Below, piece after piece: positions 59,370 through 64,000 of a DNA stretch of 64,000 bases. Position 1 is the first letter of the stretch. Every line of letters starts with the position of its first letter. The stretch spans positions 786 to 64,785 of the forward strand of contig JBAXXU010000004.1 in the NCBI GenBank assembly GCA_037127735.1, read 5' to 3'. A model generated the notes under the pieces. That model did not search any database. It saw only the letters and a list, made by a program, of their open reading frames with translations, and was not told the origin of the DNA. The stretch comes from Bacteroidota bacterium (GTDB taxonomy: Bacteria; Bacteroidota; Bacteroidia; Bacteroidales; VadinHA17). The translations under genes were made by a program, and so were the position numbers.

Positions 59370-59468
59370 CTTTTCAATTATATTTATTGACTACTTTCTG
59401 TTTTGAGACTGCAAATGTAGTACTTTTTTGAAATATAAAAACCGGGAGGGTGTTTTTTTTCAAAAAAA

Positions 59469-60092
59469 TCAAACAGGCAGATATACAATCTTTTTCGTTT
59501 CAAAAAACGGCTCATCAAAAAAATCTTTAATATTCCACACGGTTACTCTGTTTTGAAAATGAGCAAGCTCATCCGACAGATCACCTCCCTTGAGGTACAG
59601 AATACCATTACTGAGGCTGTTTTTCCCATGCTTGTCAATATTTTTTACAGTCAGGCTCACAAATCCCGGGAAACCGGTAACTCCCCTGCTTATGACAAAA
59701 TGGTATTTACCTTTTTCATCTTCAACCCTCTTTCGTACAGGGATGACATTTTCCAACCCAAGTTCATCAACAACTGATGCAACAACTTTAATCTTTTTTT
59801 CAATGGAGTCGAGAAGGGTAAATTCTGAGCCGGGGAAGAGAATGGCGAGAGGAATTCCGGGAAACCCTCCTCCAGTACCTACATCAAGGATGCTGGTATG
59901 TGGCAAAAAGGTGATAACTTTTGCCAATGCCATGGAATGAAGAACATGATGAATGAGGAAATTATCCATATCCTTTCGGGATATCACATTAATCATACTG
60001 TTCCATCTCTCATAGATATGCTTTAACCGCGAAAGCTTCTCTTTCTGAATGTCGGATAATAAGGGAAAATAGTTGAAGATATTTTCGGACAC
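59469..60092 (-). CDS. rsmG: 16S rRNA (guanine527-N7)-methyltransferase
   Basis: ILDVGTGGGFPGIPLAI plus the overall GidB length and pattern. Confidence 0.85.
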   Translation of the reverse strand: MSENIFNYFPLLSDIQKEKLSRLKHIYERWNSMINVISRKDMDNFLIHHVLHSMALAKVITFLPHTSILDVGTGGGFPGIPLAILFPGSEFTLLDSIEKKIKVVASVVDELGLENVIPVRKRVEDEKGKYHFVISRGVTGFPGFVSLTVKNIDKHGKNSLSNGILYLKGGDLSDELAHFQNRVTVWNIKDFFDEPFFETKKIVYLPV

Positions 60093-60688
60093 TACCTGTT
60101 ACCTGTTTTGATTAATATGTTATATAACAATGATTTGGCCCGGTAAAGCTGGGCTTTTACTGTTCCGATAGGAAGATTGAGTTCCGATGATATCTCTTCA
60201 TACGAGTATTCCTTATAATATCGAAGCTCAATAAGCGCCTTATATCTGGGTTTTAGCTGGGATACTATATCTTTAAGAGCGGCTATCTTCTGGCGGTTGA
60301 TTAATGACTCTTCGGGATCTGGCAAATCTGATTGGATATTTACAGTTGCATTGTCCAGATTATCCTGCAAAAGATCAAAAGGAGTTGGAGAGAGCTGCTT
60401 CTTTCTTATAAAATCAACGCAGTTGTTAGTAGCAATTTTAAAAAGCCAGGTACTGAATGCAAAATTTGGAGTGTAGGAATCAAGATTTCTGAAAGCCTTT
60501 CCAAAAGCTTCAATAGTAAGGTCTTCTGCATCAGATTGGTTATTGACCATTTTAAGAAGCAAAAAATAAATGGAATCTCTATACCGGTTCATAAGGTCGG
60601 CAAAAGCTTTTTCATTACCTCTTTTGGCCTGTTCCACAAGAAGAAGATCGCTTTTTGCCTTGTCTGATAAACCGTGATTTATCTCCAT
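60092..60688 (-). CDS. ECF-type RNA polymerase sigma-70 factor
   Basis: Region 2 (FADLMNRYRDSIYFLLLKMV...AEDLTIEAF) and region 4 (ELRYYKEYSYEEISSELNLPIGTVKAQLYRA) are present. Confidence 0.85.
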   Translation of the reverse strand: MEINHGLSDKAKSDLLLVEQAKRGNEKAFADLMNRYRDSIYFLLLKMVNNQSDAEDLTIEAFGKAFRNLDSYTPNFAFSTWLFKIATNNCVDFIRKKQLSPTPFDLLQDNLDNATVNIQSDLPDPEESLINRQKIAALKDIVSQLKPRYKALIELRYYKEYSYEEISSELNLPIGTVKAQLYRAKSLLYNILIKTGNR

Positions 60689-61809
60689 CTGTTTAATTTG
60701 GATATGTTCCGGGTAGCGTTTAAAAATATAATGCTGTTAATCACAGGTGAAAAGATATCAAAAAATAGCGAATATGTTATTAATCCCGGCTCTTTCAATT
60801 TCTTTTGGACAAGAGCAAAAACAATAATTTGTGTTAGAAGCCTTAAGCCAAAGACAGCTAACGCTAAGGGCAAGAGAAAATTGCAGGAAAGAAGTACAAC
60901 AAAAGCCGAATAGAAGATAATCCTCGTTAATGGTTCAGTTATTAACAGTAGTTTATCTCTGAATTTATAATATGGCGCAGTTGTCAGGTGTATTTTCTTT
61001 TGTGTTATCCACTCCTTTAAGCCGGAATAAGTAATGGACCTGGTATGAGTTCCATTACTGAATTCGACACATGTATTTATTCCCGAAGCATTTGCATTTA
61101 CGAACAGATCATCATCGCCTGAAATAATATGATTGTGAGCGCCAAAGCCTTTGTTCGCGAAAAAAGCTGATCGCCGGTATGCAAGATTACGTCCAACGCC
61201 CGTGTACGGAATACCGCGGATTGCCATTCCGAGATACTGCATTGCAATTGTCATGCTGTCGTACCGGATATATTTGTTAAGCAAACCCTTCTCTGTGAGG
61301 TAACCGCCATATCCAAGTACAAAAGTGATTTTGTCATCAAAATGTGAAGCCATCCCCTCGATCCATTTATCTGACCCGGGCTGGCAATCAGCATCTGTAA
61401 AGAGCAGAATATCATTCTTTGCTGCCTTTATTCCAATGAATTGGGCAAATTTTTTATTGTGAGTAAATTTGGGGTCTTTGTTGACATTGGAGATCCTGAG
61501 ATGCGGATATTGCAGCATAAATTTTCCAAGTACGTCATAGGAGTTATCTTCTGAACAATCATTTACAACAATAACTTCATAATCGGGATAATCCTGTTCC
61601 AGTACTTTAGGTAAAAAGTTCCGGAGGTTTTCCGCTTCGTTTCTGGCACAAATTATAATGGAAACCGGTTTATTTTTTGTTCCGGGAACAGACGGTTTGT
61701 GCAGATATAATGACAGGTAGAAGAAAAGATAATAAAATAACTGAATTGCCACGGCCGACACGAAGATTAAGAAAACCGCTTCAAGAAACATATTATTGTG
61801 GTACAGCAT
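60679..61809 (-). CDS. Family 2 glycosyltransferase, membrane-bound
   Basis: VSIIICARNEAENL, VIVVNDCSEDNS and FTDADCQP (DxD) are present, with flanking TM helices. Confidence 0.8.
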   Translation of the reverse strand: MLYHNNMFLEAVFLIFVSAVAIQLFYYLFFYLSLYLHKPSVPGTKNKPVSIIICARNEAENLRNFLPKVLEQDYPDYEVIVVNDCSEDNSYDVLGKFMLQYPHLRISNVNKDPKFTHNKKFAQFIGIKAAKNDILLFTDADCQPGSDKWIEGMASHFDDKITFVLGYGGYLTEKGLLNKYIRYDSMTIAMQYLGMAIRGIPYTGVGRNLAYRRSAFFANKGFGAHNHIISGDDDLFVNANASGINTCVEFSNGTHTRSITYSGLKEWITQKKIHLTTAPYYKFRDKLLLITEPLTRIIFYSAFVVLLSCNFLLPLALAVFGLRLLTQIIVFALVQKKLKEPGLITYSLFFDIFSPVINSIIFLNATRNISKLNRWR

Positions 61810-61901
61810 TTGAATTTCATAAATATCCGCAATATTAATAAGATAATCGGAATGTCGAAAAAATTATCTCATGATAATTTTATAAGGCCGTATGGAAGAA
61901 T

Positions 61902-61909
61902 TACCTTTG
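61902..61909 (+). promoter_or_regulatory. Candidate -7 box (TACCTTTG) for tgt
   Basis: Matches TAnnTTTG 25 nt upstream of ATG 61935. Confidence 0.4.
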
Positions 61910-61934
61910 TGCTTCGAAAAACCGGATTTATGTT

Positions 61935-63062
61935 ATGTTTATAATTGAGAGCAGGGATAAGGAATCAAGAGCGCGTACAGGTCTTATAAAGACAGCTCAT
62001 GGCGATATTCCTACTCCGGTTTTCATGCCGGTTGGTACCGGTGGTACAGTAAAAGGCATTCTGCAGCGCGATCTTTCAGAGGATATAAATGCAAAAATAA
62101 TACTCGGTAATACCTACCATTTGTATTTACGCCCCGGTACTGAAATTCTAAAGGCGTCAGGAGGTCTTCATAAATTTATGTCGTGGGAACGTCCTATTCT
62201 CACCGATAGCGGAGGTTATCAGGTTTTCTCGTTTGCAGGAAACAGGAAACTGACTGATGAAGGAGCTATCTTTAAATCTCATATTGATGGATCACGTCAC
62301 GTTTTTACTCCTGAGAACACTATTGATATACAACGTATTATAGGTTCTGACATAATGATGGCCTTTGATGAGTGTGCTCCCTGGCCATGTGATTACAACT
62401 ATGTCAGGAAATCTATTGCTCTTACTCATCACTGGCTCGACAGGGCAATTGTAAGGTTTCGCGAAACAGATCCGTTATGGGGGAAGGAGCAGTTTTTGTT
62501 CCCTATAGTACAAGGAGGAACATTTGACGAGCTCAGAAAATTATCGGCTGAAAAAATAGCATCTTCCGGTCTCGCGGGAAATGCTATCGGAGGGTTGTCA
62601 GTAGGAGAACCGGCTGAAGAAATGTACAGGATAATTGAGATTGTCAATGAGATTCTGCCTGATGATAAACCGCGATACCTGATGGGGGTTGGGACACCTG
62701 TCAACCTTCTCGAAGCTATTGACAGGGGTATAGATATGTTCGATTGCGTTATGCCAACGCGAAACGGGCGAAATGGGATGCTCTTTACCAGTGAAGGGAC
62801 CGTGAATATCAGGAACAGAAAATGGATCGATGATTTCAGTCCAATAGACCCGGAGGGCCCTTCAGCTGTAAGTCTTTGCTATTCAAAAGCATATTTACGG
62901 CATCTCGTGATTTCGGGTGAAAATCTCGGGGCTCAGATAGCGAGCATACATAATCTGGCATTTTATTTGAAACTGGTTGGTGAAGCAAGAATAAAAATTG
63001 AAGAGGGTAATTTCAAAAGATGGAAAAACTCAATGATAAAAAAACTTTCAGAGAGATTATAG
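61935..63062 (+). CDS. tgt: tRNA-guanine transglycosylase (queuine insertion)
   Basis: ARTG...TAHG...TPVFMPVGT, LTDSGGYQVFS, MAFDEC and LMGVGTP..L...ERGIDMFDCV are present. Confidence 0.95.
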   Translation: MFIIESRDKESRARTGLIKTAHGDIPTPVFMPVGTGGTVKGILQRDLSEDINAKIILGNTYHLYLRPGTEILKASGGLHKFMSWERPILTDSGGYQVFSFAGNRKLTDEGAIFKSHIDGSRHVFTPENTIDIQRIIGSDIMMAFDECAPWPCDYNYVRKSIALTHHWLDRAIVRFRETDPLWGKEQFLFPIVQGGTFDELRKLSAEKIASSGLAGNAIGGLSVGEPAEEMYRIIEIVNEILPDDKPRYLMGVGTPVNLLEAIDRGIDMFDCVMPTRNGRNGMLFTSEGTVNIRNRKWIDDFSPIDPEGPSAVSLCYSKAYLRHLVISGENLGAQIASIHNLAFYLKLVGEARIKIEEGNFKRWKNSMIKKLSERL

Positions 63063-63067
63063 AATCT

Positions 63068-64000
63068 CTGAATATCAAACTAATTGATGCTTATATAATC
63101 AGAAAGTTTCTTGGTACTTTCTTCTTCTGTCTGGTCTTAATACTGACCATTGCTGTGGTATTCGATTTCGCCGAAAAAATAGACAATTTCATGGAGAAAC
63201 AGGCTCCTGTAAAGGCAATAATTTTTGGCTATTACATGAATTTCATCCCATATTTTGCCACACTGTTTGCCCCGCTGTTTGTCTTCATCGCTGTTATATT
63301 CTTTACTTCAAAAATGGCGGTTAACACCGAGATAATAGCGATCCTGAACTGTGGCATGAGCTTTAAAAGAATGATGTGGCCCTATTTTCTTTCAGCTTTG
63401 GTTATTGCATCATTCACCTTTGTCCTTACCAATTTTGTTATTCCTAAATCAAATCTTATCCGGATGGATTTTGAAGATAAGTACTACCGGTCGTCAAGCA
63501 GGAAAGTTACTGTGGAGAATATACACCGTATGGAATTTAAAAATATTTATGTCTATATGGGATCCTTCAATCCTTTAAGTCAGAGAGGGCAGAACTTCAC
63601 TATTGAAAAATTCAATGACAGCGGAAGGCTTGTATCGAAACTGTCATCCTCATCGGTACTTTATGATACCGCGAAACATAAATGGTCTGCCCAGAATTAT
63701 TATCTGCGCGAAATAATTGGAAATGAGGAGATAATAACCAGAGGCAAGCAAATTGATACTACCCTTCACATAAAGCCAAATGATTTTTCAAGAGACCCCG
63801 GATTTGTCGGAACGATGACTTACCGGGAGCTGGATGATTATATTAGCCTGCTCCGGCTGCAGGGATCAGATGAACTAAAGCTTTTCCTGATTGAAAAATA
63901 TCGTCGGTTTGCTAATCCGTTTGCTGTTTTCATACTTACCCTAATAGGCGTTTCTTTGTCGTCAAGAAAGATAAGAGGAGGTATCGGGATGAATATCGGA
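63068..64000 (+). CDS. LptF/LptG (YjgP/YjgQ) family permease, 3-prime partial, start codon uncertain
   Basis: The frame-2 translation LNIKLIDAYIIRKFLGTFFFCLVLILTIAVVFDFAEKIDNF... and later SSRKIRGGIGMNIG is typical. The frame opens after a TAA at 63059-63061. The first in-frame ATG, at 63191, would delete the conserved N-terminus. Confidence 0.75.
   Translation, partial: MNIKLIDAYIIRKFLGTFFFCLVLILTIAVVFDFAEKIDNFMEKQAPVKAIIFGYYMNFIPYFATLFAPLFVFIAVIFFTSKMAVNTEIIAILNCGMSFKRMMWPYFLSALVIASFTFVLTNFVIPKSNLIRMDFEDKYYRSSSRKVTVENIHRMEFKNIYVYMGSFNPLSQRGQNFTIEKFNDSGRLVSKLSSSSVLYDTAKHKWSAQNYYLREIIGNEEIITRGKQIDTTLHIKPNDFSRDPGFVGTMTYRELDDYISLLRLQGSDELKLFLIEKYRRFANPFAVFILTLIGVSLSSRKIRGGIGMNIG

Overview
This window looks like a Bacteroidota chromosome segment. 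The evidence is T9SS cargo proteins with type A and type B C-terminal domains, a PorP/SprF gene, a GWxTD protein, TAnnTTTG-type -7 promoter boxes and the absence of Shine-Dalgarno sites. My spot counts put GC near 40 percent. Most of the window is housekeeping: gcvP, ddl, tgt, pcm, rlmB, rlmD, rluD, rsmG, rpmH, tRNA-Ser, an ABC-F ATPase, nupC and a GH2 beta-galactosidase. Five things stand out. (1) A tight co-directional cluster at about 9.2-16.1 kb encodes a PqqD-like protein, an ATP-grasp ligase, an Orn/DAP-type PLP decarboxylase, a urea-transporter::M23-peptidase fusion, a predicted outer-membrane protein and a TPR protein. I know of no assigned function for it. (2) A Vsr / Cfr10I-family endonuclease / C5-methyltransferase / small HTH restriction-modification locus at 38.8-41.6 kb is followed by GC-rich non-coding DNA and an N-terminally truncated AlbA_2-type gene. 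(3) A 4.5-kb AT-rich island at 49.45-53.98 kb carries an AAA-ATPase + RloB-like (AbiL-like) pair, uncharacterised small ORFs and gene fragments. It sits exactly between two inverted GGCNCAG heptamer arrays. (4) Short tandem arrays, mostly 7-nt units (AAAGACA, GGCNCAG, AGTGAAA, AAACGAT, CTTTGTG/CACAAAG, TTGGCTCA), begin at or within about 20 nt of stop codons, mostly in the sense orientation of the upstream gene. (5) Several GC-rich palindromic intergenic modules recur. rpmH (52 aa) and tRNA-Ser(GCU) are absent from the supplied ORF track and were found by eye. All functional calls come from motif recognition and recall of protein families. No searches were run, so coordinates of starts and family assignments should be verified.
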